IMG/VR virus record: IMGVR_UViG_3300036785_000450
Coordinates: 1-62,593 of that record
Source: a virus
Taxonomy: Duplodnaviria > Caudoviricetes
Direction: 5' to 3' (one strand)
Length of the DNA: 62,593 nt
In this document: piece after piece, positions 45,376 through 55,498 of the stretch
How positions within the stretch are numbered: position 1 is the first letter of the stretch
Layout: each line of letters opens with the position of its first letter
Notes under the pieces: model-generated
What the model was told of the DNA's origin: nothing
Seen by the model: the letters and a program-made list of their open reading frames with translations, nothing else
Databases searched by the model: none
Position numbers and translations under genes: made by a program

Positions 45376-48300
45376 TGACTCCTGGCAGCGGTGAGAAGCT
45401 GGGGCTTGGAGATGGCCTTGACGAACTGGTTGGCGATGTCCTCCATCTGTGACTGGGTGGCGTTGGCCGGAACTTGCAGGACAACCGAACCAGCCCTGAA
45501 ATCCAGATGGACAGCGCCACTCCCACCCACCGCCCCGTTTTTGTTGTAGGGCATGGCGCTGTAGTTATCAGCAGCCGGAATCACAGCTTCACCACGGTGG
45601 AGCATGGCAAGCTGATTGCGGGCGATCAACTGGGTGCCACGGGCGTAGCTGGCTCCCTTGGATGCCAGAATGTTCTGAGCGTACTTGATCCGGTTCTGCA
45701 TCATGGGTATACCGGCCCGCTCAAACGAGGTCTGAAACGCAGTAGCCGCCGAGACCACATCGGTAGACGCTCTCAGAGCAGATAACGAGCCAGCCTCAGG
45801 CCCGGTAAGCTCCTGCCACAAATAATCCAGTTGCACACCGAGATCGCTCGTTGGTTTATTTTCCTGCTTAGCCAGAGCCGTAAGAGCCGTCCAGCGACTT
45901 CCTATCCACTGGGCGATGCCGCCCCCTGCCGTGGTGGGATCGACATGAGATTCCTGGACGAAGTTACCGACTACACCGGCAGCCTGGAAATCGGTAAGGC
46001 CCTTAGCCAGCAGAAAGTTGTACGCCTTCTGGGCATTACTGCTCCCTGTTGCGTTCGCCCCTCCTCCTGCTGATGCAGGACTACCAGCATTTGGGGTGCC
46101 ACCATTCCCACTAGACGTTTGAGTGGTGGACGATCCACCAGCGTACATCCAGGAAAGGTCAACAGCTTGATTCGTAGGGCGTTGATAGGTCCACTGATAG
46201 GCCGCTGATGTTTTCGGAGCACTAGGGGTCGTGGTGGCAGCAGCGGCCGGTGAGACACCGAAAAGCTGCTGCCCCAGACCACCAAGGGCGCTCCCGAGGC
46301 CACCCAGGAACCCACTGATCCCTCCCTTGTGAGATGAGGGCTGGGGACCGGTCTGCTTGGGGGCGGGCTGTTGATGTTGAGGTGTGGTGGGAGCCACTGG
46401 CTTCCCACCCCCAGGCCCAGTGGTGAGGGCCTCCAGGATCGAGCCCTTGGGTACCGGAGTGAGCAAACTGTAGAGGGCTGTGTCCTTGATGTCACTCAGC
46501 TTCTTGCTGAGTATTTCGATGGCGGTGTCCCCGCCCTTCTTGTGATGGCCGAACAGGCCCGTCACCCCATGCAGGAGCGAGCTACCCAGGTGCTCTGCGC
46601 CCTGGAACAGACTGCTGCCCCAGTGACCAACGGTGTGCGCTGCACCACTGACCCTATGCCCGGCGCCATGAACCAGTCCCTTGGCACCGCCGAAAATACT
46701 GCCGCCGAACAGGGCGCCGATGATCGGGACTTCCTTTAGCCAGTTCGTAATGTCATGCTTGGCGTGCTCCACCGTGCCCTTGGCAGCGCCGAAGACACTG
46801 CCACCAAAGAGAGCGCCGATGATGGGGATGTCCTTCAGCCAGTTGGTGATGTCGTGCTTGGCGTGCTCACCGGCACCCATCACATCGCCACCAATACGAC
46901 GACCGAACCTGTCCACCGCCCCAAAAGCCTTACCGGGGATATTGCCGACGTCTTTTCCCCATTGCCCTACGTCCTCACCCCATTGCCCTATGTCCCCACC
47001 TACACGTCCAAGAAGACCAGCGCCAGGTATCGAACCTACGGAAGGCATATGGATGCCACCGAGCAGATGCTTGAAGAACCCACCAACGTCACCGAGGACA
47101 TTACCGATACTACCGAGACCGGGGAAGCCGCCGAACCCTTTGCCACAGCCACAACTACCACCGAGAGACGACTGACCTTCGGCCCCCATTCCTGGGGTGA
47201 TGACCCGCTCCCCACCATGGACGATGGCGAGCATGGCCTTGTTGAGAGGACCATCCACTGTTCCACCCGACTGGAACTTACCGCCAGTGAAGAGCTTCAG
47301 AATGTCGTTGACCGGACCCAACATCTTGCTGGCCCCGCCAATGGCTCCACCGAAAAGACTGCCTAGTGGACCAACAATCTTGAGCAGAGAAGCAGCGGCC
47401 TGATTCAGGTTCTTGGCAGCCTGTGCGAGTCCAGGCTCTGCCCTGGACTCCAACTGTGACTTCGCTGACTGAGCCTGTAGCTGGGACATGTACGGGGTGT
47501 TGAGGCCAGCCGCTGAGACGCCCGCAGCAGTGCCGACATCAACCATGCTCTTACCCTGCTTCTGCATACCTAGCCTGGTGAGGGAGTACTGCATGAATCC
47601 TAAGTACTGATCACTACCCGGGGTATATCCGAGAGAAGCCAGGTTCACCTGGCCGGGACCACCGGGCGCCATCATGGCTTCAAAGGTCTTAGCGTCGACC
47701 TTGCCGCCCATGGTCAGCCGGTTGAAGATCTGGGCGTACTGCTGTTCAGGCGTCTGAAGCTGACCACCTGGGCGCAGGTTCAGGCCCACAGCCAAAGCAG
47801 AGTTGATCGTCTGAGGCTGCTGCATGGCGTTCTGAGCCTGCATGGCGCCCTGGCGGCTCATGTTGGGCACCAGGGCCATCAACTGCTGTGCACCCTTCTG
47901 GACCGTGCTCCAGTTCGGGGTATTGGGGGCCACGCCCATGTTCATGGTGGCGTAGTAGTTGCTCAGGGCGTAGTCCTGGGGATTCTGGGCCAGCGTGCCA
48001 CCAGGGATGACGTACATGCTCTTGGGACTGACCCCGAAGGCAGGGGCGAGCATCTGGCCGATGGTGGCGCCCTGCACAGCGGCCGAGATCATGCTGCCGC
48101 CCGCACCCTGGGTGAACTTATCGGCAGCACCAGCCGCAGCCGAGACCATCGGCCAGGCCTTGTTCAACATGGAGCCACCCGGAGGCTTGTTGGGGCCTGC
48201 CGTACCGGTTGGTGGCTTGGGGAAGTTACCGGGGCCACCACCCGCTGTGCCCGGGGGCATACTCGGGGGAGCCCCTCCAGTCTTAGAGTCAGGCTTGGGC

Positions 48301-48656
48301 GCAGCGTCGATTGACCAACCCTGGGCGTTTAAAGCGTCGCCGGTCTGGCCGCTACTGGGCTGACTCCAAAAAGGTTGAGTCTGACCAGCGCCAGTACCAG
48401 GAGCACCACCCGGGGCACCACCACCTGGGGCACCACCGAACTGCGCTTGAGCCATGGCGCCCGACATGCCCTTGATCTTGCCCACCATGGCGTCAATGGC
48501 GCTGTTGATGTTAGCGAGATCTTTGGTCGCACTCTTACTGAGAGTATCGAAGCAGCCGGTGACCCCGGTCAGTGCATCACAGATCTTCTTGATGGCGGCA
48601 GCGAACTCAGTCGGCCCTTTGCTGTCGAAGAGACCTACGCCATATCCGTTCGCCAT
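45372..48656 (-). CDS. Tape measure protein with a C-terminal phage tail lysozyme domain
   Basis: Ala/Gly-rich, with internal repeats; AAGVVGNFVQES, GIAQW.GSRW, QLDYLWQEL; H.GE.V motifs. Confidence 0.85.
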   Translation of the reverse strand: MANGYGVGLFDSKGPTEFAAAIKKICDALTGVTGCFDTLSKSATKDLANINSAIDAMVGKIKGMSGAMAQAQFGGAPGGGAPGGAPGTGAGQTQPFWSQPSSGQTGDALNAQGWSIDAAPKPDSKTGGAPPSMPPGTAGGGPGNFPKPPTGTAGPNKPPGGSMLNKAWPMVSAAAGAADKFTQGAGGSMISAAVQGATIGQMLAPAFGVSPKSMYVIPGGTLAQNPQDYALSNYYATMNMGVAPNTPNWSTVQKGAQQLMALVPNMSRQGAMQAQNAMQQPQTINSALAVGLNLRPGGQLQTPEQQYAQIFNRLTMGGKVDAKTFEAMMAPGGPGQVNLASLGYTPGSDQYLGFMQYSLTRLGMQKQGKSMVDVGTAAGVSAAGLNTPYMSQLQAQSAKSQLESRAEPGLAQAAKNLNQAAASLLKIVGPLGSLFGGAIGGASKMLGPVNDILKLFTGGKFQSGGTVDGPLNKAMLAIVHGGERVITPGMGAEGQSSLGGSCGCGKGFGGFPGLGSIGNVLGDVGGFFKHLLGGIHMPSVGSIPGAGLLGRVGGDIGQWGEDVGQWGKDVGNIPGKAFGAVDRFGRRIGGDVMGAGEHAKHDITNWLKDIPIIGALFGGSVFGAAKGTVEHAKHDITNWLKEVPIIGALFGGSIFGGAKGLVHGAGHRVSGAAHTVGHWGSSLFQGAEHLGSSLLHGVTGLFGHHKKGGDTAIEILSKKLSDIKDTALYSLLTPVPKGSILEALTTGPGGGKPVAPTTPQHQQPAPKQTGPQPSSHKGGISGFLGGLGSALGGLGQQLFGVSPAAAATTTPSAPKTSAAYQWTYQRPTNQAVDLSWMYAGGSSTTQTSSGNGGTPNAGSPASAGGGANATGSSNAQKAYNFLLAKGLTDFQAAGVVGNFVQESHVDPTTAGGGIAQWIGSRWTALTALAKQENKPTSDLGVQLDYLWQELTGPEAGSLSALRASTDVVSAATAFQTSFERAGIPMMQNRIKYAQNILASKGASYARGTQLIARNQLAMLHRGEAVIPAADNYSAMPYNKNGAVGGSGAVHLDFRAGSVVLQVPANATQSQMEDIANQFVKAISKPQLLTAARSQ

Positions 48657-48813
48657 TATCTCGCCTGCTCCAACACGACGTCTATCCAGTGATGTCGTTC
48701 AGGGAACGACATGGACTTGATTTCCGACAGGGTCCAACCAGGGAACCGCTCTGCGATCCGTTGGTACTGTAGATAGAGGAGGTCGAAGGAGGTGAGGTCG
48801 TTAACGAAAAAGG
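48656..48813 (-). CDS. Tail assembly chaperone C-terminal extension, probably reached by frameshift
   Basis: FVNDLTSFDLLY.QY..I...FPGWTLSEIKSMSF.ER..W lies in the +1 frame after CTT TTT C. Confidence 0.6.
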
Positions 48814-49625
48814 TCCACCAGGGATACGGTGTAGTCCCCCTCTCGACCGCATTCCAGACATGCCACCTCCACCTCCTCCATGACGGGACCAGGCTGTCCA
48901 TCGGCCATGGCCTTAGTGACCGAGCGACGATCAGCCATGCTCATCTTCTGAGCCATGGGAGTGGTCACCGGCTGACCATCGATGGAGCGAAGGCTGCGGT
49001 TGATCGCAATGGTGATCTCTTCTGGACCCGTGCGGTTACCGTCACCCACCATCTCCAACTGCACAGCACCGCTCAGCAGATGCACCATGGCTAGATGACC
49101 GTTTCGCAACGACACCTCTACATCCTGGACCATCGGGTTCTCCAGCTTCTTGACCTTGATGCTGTCCAAGTCGATGATGGTGCCGAAGGTCTGACCACAG
49201 AACCGGCAGGGGAAGTCAGGCACCTCCCAGTCAGCACCGAAGGTCAGCATGCGGATCTTCAGCATGAGGTAGGCCCGGTCACCGGACAGCAGGTCAGCCA
49301 AGATGGCTGGCGGCACCGGGTCCATGGTGCCCACTGAGAGCACACAGCGCCTGAGGAGGAGGTCCACCACCTTGGGGACATTCACCGTGGGATTGCGTAG
49401 CTCCCGGGCCATGGCCTCTTCGTCCGACCCGTTGATCTCGCGGATGCGAGCGTCAGTATGCAGGAGACCGTCCTGATCCAGGTAACCACCGGGGAGCGTC
49501 ACCGTGTCGGCCGGAAGCGCCCCCATCAGCGGGATGGACGGCTTGGTGAGCTTGTTCGCCAGACTGGTGGCGAGTTCTGGCTGCCGGAGCGCCTCGATTA
49601 CCTCGACATCGGGAACATCACTCAT
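48801..49625 (-). CDS. Tail/baseplate assembly chaperone
   Basis: LPGGY, IREING.DEE, LLSGDR.YL..IR..TFG, CRFC and CLEC. Confidence 0.8.
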   Translation of the reverse strand: MSDVPDVEVIEALRQPELATSLANKLTKPSIPLMGALPADTVTLPGGYLDQDGLLHTDARIREINGSDEEAMARELRNPTVNVPKVVDLLLRRCVLSVGTMDPVPPAILADLLSGDRAYLMLKIRMLTFGADWEVPDFPCRFCGQTFGTIIDLDSIKVKKLENPMVQDVEVSLRNGHLAMVHLLSGAVQLEMVGDGNRTGPEEITIAINRSLRSIDGQPVTTPMAQKMSMADRRSVTKAMADGQPGPVMEEVEVACLECGREGDYTVSLVDLFR

Positions 49626-50236
49626 GGCATCTGCGAGCCACCGACGAAGGAGCCGGGATCCTGGCTGGCGGTGATGACGGCCCAGCCCTCATGGGCCAGG
49701 GTCAGGTTCTCGATGAAGACAGCGTTACCACCGGCCTCCAGGTCACTGAAGCTGTAGCCCATGGGCCAAGCGTTGTAGACCGCGAACCGTGCCTTGATGG
49801 GCGGGGTCTGATCCACACCGGCTGCCATGGCCCCACTGGTCATGGGATGCTCAAGGACGTCGATGGTGACACCCACCCGGAAGTCGGTGTTGTTCCCGAA
49901 GCCAGCCCCGATGGCGACACTGAAGATCTGGGTGAACCAATCGTAGATCTCGTGAGTACCGATGTTGGACGTGACACCGTTCTCTATGGGAGCGGCCATG
50001 AAACCACGGGTCATGGTCAAAGGTCCGAAGTCGGATTGACCGGGCATCTTCCGGGTCGTGGTGTTGTTGCCACCCTCACGGTAGGGGATGACCTCGTTGT
50101 TCACCGACAGACCAGACACCGCCATGAAACCAAAGCGAGCCAGATTCTTCAGTGAACTGTTGGGGTGGTTGATGGCGACCCGATAGCGAAAGTTCCGCAG
50201 GGGATCAGAGTTGAGTCCTCTATTGCTAGCAGCCAT
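49622..50236 (-). CDS. Tail tube protein (T4 gp19-like)
   Basis: DPLRNFRY.V, GF..VSGL, YREGG..T.RKMPG, YNAWP..Y.FSDL.A, E.LTLAHEGW. Confidence 0.93.
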   Translation of the reverse strand: MAASNRGLNSDPLRNFRYRVAINHPNSSLKNLARFGFMAVSGLSVNNEVIPYREGGNNTTTRKMPGQSDFGPLTMTRGFMAAPIENGVTSNIGTHEIYDWFTQIFSVAIGAGFGNNTDFRVGVTIDVLEHPMTSGAMAAGVDQTPPIKARFAVYNAWPMGYSFSDLEAGGNAVFIENLTLAHEGWAVITASQDPGSFVGGSQMP

Positions 50237-50245
50237 TCGTGCTCC

Positions 50246-51850
50246 TTAGGTGGTGACGGAAATAGTCTGACCGCCCGCCCACTGGCCGACGTGAATCACC
50301 ACGAACTCGGCGGGGAACTGCAAGGCCACACCCACTTCCACGTTGATGATGCCTTGCTGAATAGAAGACTGGGGGTTGTTGCTGTCATCACAGATCACAT
50401 AGAACGCCTGTGATCCACTCGACCCCTGGAGACCGCCGCTCTGCCAGAACATTGACAAAAACTGCGTGAGGACAGAAGTGATCTGATTCCGCAAGATCCA
50501 GTCGTTCGGTTCAAAGACAGCGAACTTCGTCAACGCCACCATCTGAGTGGACAGGTAGATCAGCGACCGCTCCGTCGACACGTACCGGGTGATGAGATAG
50601 GGCGACAGCGTGCGGGCACCCCAGACCACAATGCCAGAGCCAGGCACGGCGATGATGCAGTTGACATTGGCCTGGGTCAGGGTGCCCTGGTCAGTATTCG
50701 TGATGATCGTCTCCAGCCCATAGGCTCCAAGCAGGGAAGCACCGAGACCGGCAGGGGCCTTGGCGACTCCTCGACTGGAGTCAGTCGCCACGTACAACCC
50801 GGTGACGAACCCGCCCGGTGGCACCAGCCGGGTGACCCCAGGCTGAGGCGAGTACGGATCAGCGATCTGCACCTGGGGGTAGTACACCGCAGCCTGGGCA
50901 CTGGCCGGGAGACCTGAGGCACCCTGGACCCAGGACACCATGCTGGCCGGATTCAGGCCGGGCGGGCAGTCCACCACCACGAAGCCATTGCCACGCGACT
51001 GAGCGTAAGCGATCACGTTGGAGAGATCGGCCGCCGTCGTCATGCCTGGCATGTTGATGATGAACGGCTGATCAGGGTACTGGTCCAGTCCTGCGGTGAG
51101 GGCAGCCTGGATGTCACTGGAGGTGATAGGCGAGCCGTCAGAGCCCGCAGCTAACTGCTGAGAAGAAGCGGTAGGGCGAGGATTGTTCGCCGGAGCAGCC
51201 GTTGCTGAGTTGAGATCCTGGACGGTGATGTACCGAGAGCCGGAGAAGGTACTGTTGATCACGTTGGGGGCGTAGTTGTTCTGGCCCACGACATTGGACC
51301 CCTGAACCATCGACACGTCCTGCCACCGCTCGACAATGTTCTGCGGGCCATTGCCCTGGTACTTGACCACGACGGTGAAGCTCAGGACATTCTGGAGGGC
51401 ATCCTTGATGGTACCGGGCAGGATGTCAATGTAGATGTTGTTGCCCCACGCTCCTGGGTTGGCAGCGGAAATCTTGAGGGTGGGAACACCACCCACCGGG
51501 CTGGTGGCCTGGTCATTGAAGGAGAAGGTGGCAACCACCGGACCTGAAGCGTCCTGACGAGCGGCCCGGATAACGGTGGCGCTACTGCCACCGGCCGAGA
51601 AGTAACAGAAGACGGCCAGCTTGAGAGGGCTAGGAGGGTAGGCGGTCTCAAAGCCACCGAACTGAGCGACGAAGTCCCGCCAGGAGTCAACGATGGTGGG
51701 CGTCACCCCGTACTTAGTGGTCCCTACGGTGCAGGGACCACGATTCATCGGCCCACAGAAACATGCCGCCGCCGTACCCGGTGTGGCACTGATATAGGTG
51801 GGGAACGACGACGTGTCCACATAGACGCCGGGACGAGTGAGGGTGGGCAT
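50246..51850 (-). CDS. Tail sheath protein
   Basis: RPGVYV, AVYYP, PPGG.V.G, KAPAG, VVWGARTL, FAVFEPN, VGVALQFPAEFV. Confidence 0.95.
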   Translation of the reverse strand: MPTLTRPGVYVDTSSFPTYISATPGTAAACFCGPMNRGPCTVGTTKYGVTPTIVDSWRDFVAQFGGFETAYPPSPLKLAVFCYFSAGGSSATVIRAARQDASGPVVATFSFNDQATSPVGGVPTLKISAANPGAWGNNIYIDILPGTIKDALQNVLSFTVVVKYQGNGPQNIVERWQDVSMVQGSNVVGQNNYAPNVINSTFSGSRYITVQDLNSATAAPANNPRPTASSQQLAAGSDGSPITSSDIQAALTAGLDQYPDQPFIINMPGMTTAADLSNVIAYAQSRGNGFVVVDCPPGLNPASMVSWVQGASGLPASAQAAVYYPQVQIADPYSPQPGVTRLVPPGGFVTGLYVATDSSRGVAKAPAGLGASLLGAYGLETIITNTDQGTLTQANVNCIIAVPGSGIVVWGARTLSPYLITRYVSTERSLIYLSTQMVALTKFAVFEPNDWILRNQITSVLTQFLSMFWQSGGLQGSSGSQAFYVICDDSNNPQSSIQQGIINVEVGVALQFPAEFVVIHVGQWAGGQTISVTT

Positions 51851-51854
51851 TTTT

Positions 51855-52586
51855 CTACTCCCTTGGTGTCACTTGGGATTGGCCGGGGATGCTGCGGTCG
51901 AGAGAGGAGGTGTTCGGGATGGCCTGCATCACGCCTGGTCCCCACAGCGTCGTCCTGCTGTACCTGTCCAGGATGGTCAGGACGACGTGGCGCACCCTGG
52001 TGGTCAGCAGTGAGACCGGGTCCTCGATCTCGGTGGGGATCCGAAGGTGGTAGATCTGGCGGAAGAGCCGCTTGTCGGTCTCCATGCTGTTGGTGCGGGT
52101 CACCCCCATGACGGTGATCCGTCGCACCGTGCCACCCGGGCAGGTCATCTGGGCGAACCGGGGGTGCAGCGGACCCATCGCCAGGGCGTACGACATCTGC
52201 GAGATGTGCTGGTTGATCCGAGAACTGGCCGTGACGGTGTAGTCGAAGTCCAGCGGGATGGGGTACTCCATGGAGGGTGGGGGATCAGGGAGGGGGATGT
52301 TCTGGAGGTACCGATATCCCACCGGTACGTACCCCCGATGCTCACGCTCGTGAGCCACCCGCTCACCCATGAAGTTGATCACGATGTTGGGGTAGGTGAT
52401 CCGGCGCTCTTCCCGCTCCGGGTTGTGGAACCACACCGGCACCGCCCGGGGCGTGTTGGCGCTGGCGTTCAGGTCGGTGACGGTGATCCCCTGGAGCAGG
52501 TTCTTCAGCCCCATGTCCTCCTCGACGTACAGCCCCAGGAAGGGGGAGTTGACGTCAGTGTCGTAGGGCGGGCTGACCAGGGTCAC
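51855..52586 (-). CDS. Putative tail terminator/completion protein
   Basis: Position upstream of the sheath; VPVWF.NP, TYP.I, P.P.D.DY. Confidence 0.6.
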   Translation of the reverse strand: MTLVSPPYDTDVNSPFLGLYVEEDMGLKNLLQGITVTDLNASANTPRAVPVWFHNPEREERRITYPNIVINFMGERVAHEREHRGYVPVGYRYLQNIPLPDPPPSMEYPIPLDFDYTVTASSRINQHISQMSYALAMGPLHPRFAQMTCPGGTVRRITVMGVTRTNSMETDKRLFRQIYHLRIPTEIEDPVSLLTTRVRHVVLTILDRYSRTTLWGPGVMQAIPNTSSLDRSIPGQSQVTPRE

Positions 52587-52966
52587 GCCGACACCTTCTG
52601 AAGCTCCTGGAGGAAGCGCTGCTCGATGTCCCCGGCCTGCTTCGCCAGGTCGTGGGTCACGTCGCTCAACTGGAAGATGCTGTGCATGGTCTCGGTCTGA
52701 GCCATGACGGGGCTGCCAGGAGGGATGCCCACGACGACGTTGTTCTCGTCCTCAAAGACGGTGATCTCGCCAGCTACCGCCTGGTGATCACGAAGGCTCG
52801 ACTCCCCCTCGATCATCCGCTTCATCGGCTCGACCATCTGCCCGCCAGCGACACGAGCCGCCACCTTGACGACAGCGAGGTCAGCCATCTTGCCGTACTT
52901 CTTGGCTACCGAGTTCAAGGTAGCCAGATCCTCTGACTTGACACAGTTGAATAAAGAGGAGGGCAT
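52583..52966 (-). CDS. Hypothetical virion protein
   Basis: GAGG RBS; start re-called to MPSSLF; GTGA coupling. Confidence 0.65.
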   Translation of the reverse strand: MPSSLFNCVKSEDLATLNSVAKKYGKMADLAVVKVAARVAGGQMVEPMKRMIEGESSLRDHQAVAGEITVFEDENNVVVGIPPGSPVMAQTETMHSIFQLSDVTHDLAKQAGDIEQRFLQELQKVSA

Positions 52967-53088
52967 TTTCCTCAGTCGTTCTAGGCATTTTTCGGCGGAA
53001 CTGCACACCGACGTTGGCGGGTCGGATAACAGCAATCGTAGGTCAGGGTGTCGCGCCCCCTGTGACCACCCGGACATAGCCTGGACCT

Positions 53089-54258
53089 GTGTCGATGAAT
53101 CAGTCGGGCCAGAGCGGCATGGGCGTGCTCGCCACCACCACCACGCCTGGCACCACGGTGGTGTCCGGGCTACCCAACCCCTACGACATCACCGCAGGCC
53201 AGCCAGGACAGTACCCCGACACCGACCAGGGGCTGCCCTACCCCCCGGTCGACCCCTCTTCGACCCAGCGGATCGCGCAGCTAGCACGGCTCCGACTGCG
53301 GGACCTGCCCCGGCCGTTCCTGTGCCGTCAGACGTGCTCCGGGGCAGCCTGGCGCTTTGAGCTACCGGTGGAGAACGTGTCGGCCGCCAACCTCCAGGTG
53401 GTGCTGACCGACACCACCCAGGGGGGTACTACCGGCCTCACGCTGGGCAACGACTACGTCCTGGACGAGCATGGCGGCACCTTGGTCTTCAGCGCAGCCC
53501 CTCCTGGGGGGCTGCTCATGGTGGCGCAGGGCACCTACTACCGGGACTTCCTGCCTGCCGAGCTTGACCTATACGTGCGGACCGCATATATACAGCACAC
53601 CTACGGGACCGACCCGCCCGAGCACATCGACCAGGGCTTCCCACCCGCACCAGGGCCTCCACCCCTGGGCACCACCGGCCAGCCCGTCAGCTACGGCACC
53701 CCGGCGCCCATGATGATCAGCGAGGTGGAGGAGTACCCCATCTCCATCCTGGTCACCATCATGGCCCTGTGGGACATCGCCGTGGGATTGGCCCAGCAGC
53801 ACGACGTCCACACCCCCGATGGCGTCACCATCCCGCTCAGCCAGACCTTCAATCAGGTCACCAGCATGATCGGCCAGCTTCAGCAGCAGTACCTGATGCT
53901 GTCGAGCGCCCTGGGCGTGGGACTGTACCGCATCACCCAGTCGAGGCTGCGGCGCATGTCCCGCACCACAAAGCGGCTGGTGCCGATTTTCCGGTCGAAG
54001 GAGTACGACGACATCACCTGGCCCCAGCGGGAACTCCCACCTGTTGATGTCACCCAGAAGATGTACACCTACCGAGGCACCTGGGATCCCGAGGCCAACT
54101 ACCAGGCCCAGGATCTCATCGATTTTGAAAATCATCGGTACGTGGCGCTCCAACCCAGCACGAATATCGACCCCACCAGAGACGTGGATCCCAAGACCGG
54201 GCAGGGCTACTACTGGCAGTGGACCACTCTGAATACCGGATGGGTTGGCTGGTGGTGA
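53089..54258 (+). CDS. Putative head-tail adaptor/neck protein
   Basis: R.RLRD, VEEYP..IL...ALW, TPDGVTIP, LRR.SRTT.RLVP; function inferred from context. Confidence 0.6.
   Translation: MSMNQSGQSGMGVLATTTTPGTTVVSGLPNPYDITAGQPGQYPDTDQGLPYPPVDPSSTQRIAQLARLRLRDLPRPFLCRQTCSGAAWRFELPVENVSAANLQVVLTDTTQGGTTGLTLGNDYVLDEHGGTLVFSAAPPGGLLMVAQGTYYRDFLPAELDLYVRTAYIQHTYGTDPPEHIDQGFPPAPGPPPLGTTGQPVSYGTPAPMMISEVEEYPISILVTIMALWDIAVGLAQQHDVHTPDGVTIPLSQTFNQVTSMIGQLQQQYLMLSSALGVGLYRITQSRLRRMSRTTKRLVPIFRSKEYDDITWPQRELPPVDVTQKMYTYRGTWDPEANYQAQDLIDFENHRYVALQPSTNIDPTRDVDPKTGQGYYWQWTTLNTGWVGWW
54240..54256 (+). repeat. 17-bp direct repeat, left copy, flanking the HNH-JAB insert
   Basis: ATGGGTTGGCTGGTGGT, identical to 55482-55498. 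Confidence 0.8.
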
Positions 54259-54292
54259 CCATGATGGTAACCTTCTGTGCTAGAGTCCGACC

Positions 54293-55477
54293 ATGTTCGG
54301 TCAACGATTCAACCGCTGGGAAGTCATCGACGGGCCTGATCTCAGCAACCCAACCCATCCAAAGTGGCTCTGTGAGTGCGAGTGCGGCACCACACGCTGG
54401 GTGCAAGCCCAACTTCTTCGTAGCGGGCGATCCCAGTCCTGCGGGTGCCACAGAAAAGAACAGGCTACGACTCACGGACAGTCCAAGACCAAGCTCTACC
54501 GTGTCTGGGACACGATGTGGGCACGCTGTACCAATCCAAGCAACCATCGCTACAAACACTACGGAGCACAAGGGATCGAGGTCTGTGAGGAATGGAGCCA
54601 GTTCTCCACCTTCTGGGAATGGGCAAAAAAGTCTGGCTACCAGGATGGCCTCACCATCGAGCGCAGTGACAACGATGGTGACTACACCCCGGAGAACTGC
54701 ACCTGGATCCCCAAGCGCAGCCAGCAGCGCAACACCCAGAAGAGCCTACGTGTCACCGCCTGGGGCGAAACCAAGGTGCTGCCCGAGTGGATCGAGGATG
54801 ACCGCTGCTCGATCAAGTACCACACGCTCTACGCCCGCCTACAGCATGGCTGGACCCCTGAGGACGCCATCGGTCTGCCCTACGGAGCTAGAGGGCGTGT
54901 GCCCGTGAGTCGGAACGCCTTGAACTCCGGGCAGTTTCTCCAGGGGCCGAACGAGACAAGCACCATCTCTAATGTCGTCAATCACCTACAGAACCGTCTT
55001 GGACCGCAGCACGGTGAAGAACACTTCGTGGTGCAGTCCGGTTCTGGACGCATCCTGTCACGCCTCAAAGGCCGTCCTGGCGCAGGCGAGATCGATACCG
55101 GCAAGATCCCGACCAAGAGGTTGGCAGGAAACATCTCGGTCCATAATCATCCTGGTGTCTCTAAGGGTGCCTTGTGCCCTCATTCCGAGAACGACCTGAC
55201 AAATGCTCTTGCTGTTGGGGAACGACGATCCATCGTGGTTACAAAGCCAGGTGTTCACACTGTCGAGGTACGTCATCCGACAGATGAACGTGATCATCCA
55301 GACTTTGAACGACTCCTCGACAAGGCTGAGAGACTTGAACAAGATCTGCCTATTCGGCCTACTCCTCATAACGAAAAACAATACGGACAAGCTGTGCATG
55401 GAAGACTTGGACAACTGGCGCAAGAGCATTCACGGTGGATGTCTTACCATTTTGAACCTCACGAAAGTGAAGTCTGA
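54293..55477 (+). CDS. HNH endonuclease in frame with a JAB/MPN-like domain; probable internal start at 54905
   Basis: WLCECECG, SCGC, RCTNP...YG.QGI.VC.EW, IER.DNDGDY.PENC.W; then VSRNALNSGQF...VHNHP...HSEND. Confidence 0.8.
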   Translation: MFGQRFNRWEVIDGPDLSNPTHPKWLCECECGTTRWVQAQLLRSGRSQSCGCHRKEQATTHGQSKTKLYRVWDTMWARCTNPSNHRYKHYGAQGIEVCEEWSQFSTFWEWAKKSGYQDGLTIERSDNDGDYTPENCTWIPKRSQQRNTQKSLRVTAWGETKVLPEWIEDDRCSIKYHTLYARLQHGWTPEDAIGLPYGARGRVPVSRNALNSGQFLQGPNETSTISNVVNHLQNRLGPQHGEEHFVVQSGSGRILSRLKGRPGAGEIDTGKIPTKRLAGNISVHNHPGVSKGALCPHSENDLTNALAVGERRSIVVTKPGVHTVEVRHPTDERDHPDFERLLDKAERLEQDLPIRPTPHNEKQYGQAVHGRLGQLAQEHSRWMSYHFEPHESEV

Positions 55478-55481
55478 TGAC

Positions 55482-55498
55482 ATGGGTTGGCTGGTGGT
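55482..55498 (+). repeat. 17-bp direct repeat, right copy
   Basis: ATGGGTTGGCTGGTGGT, identical to 54240-54256. Confidence 0.8.

Noticed and set aside
46680-46870. Direct repeat within the tape measure gene as a mobile or regulatory element
   Set aside because: It is an in-frame duplication (EHAKHDITNWLK.PIIGALFGGS.FG), ordinary for tape measure proteins.
39638-52586. Extracellular contractile injection system or tailocin
   Set aside because: The surrounding early genes, tRNA, HNHs, putative neck genes and lysis genes indicate a phage; no Afp15-type ATPase was seen. Capsid and terminase genes are presumably outside the window.
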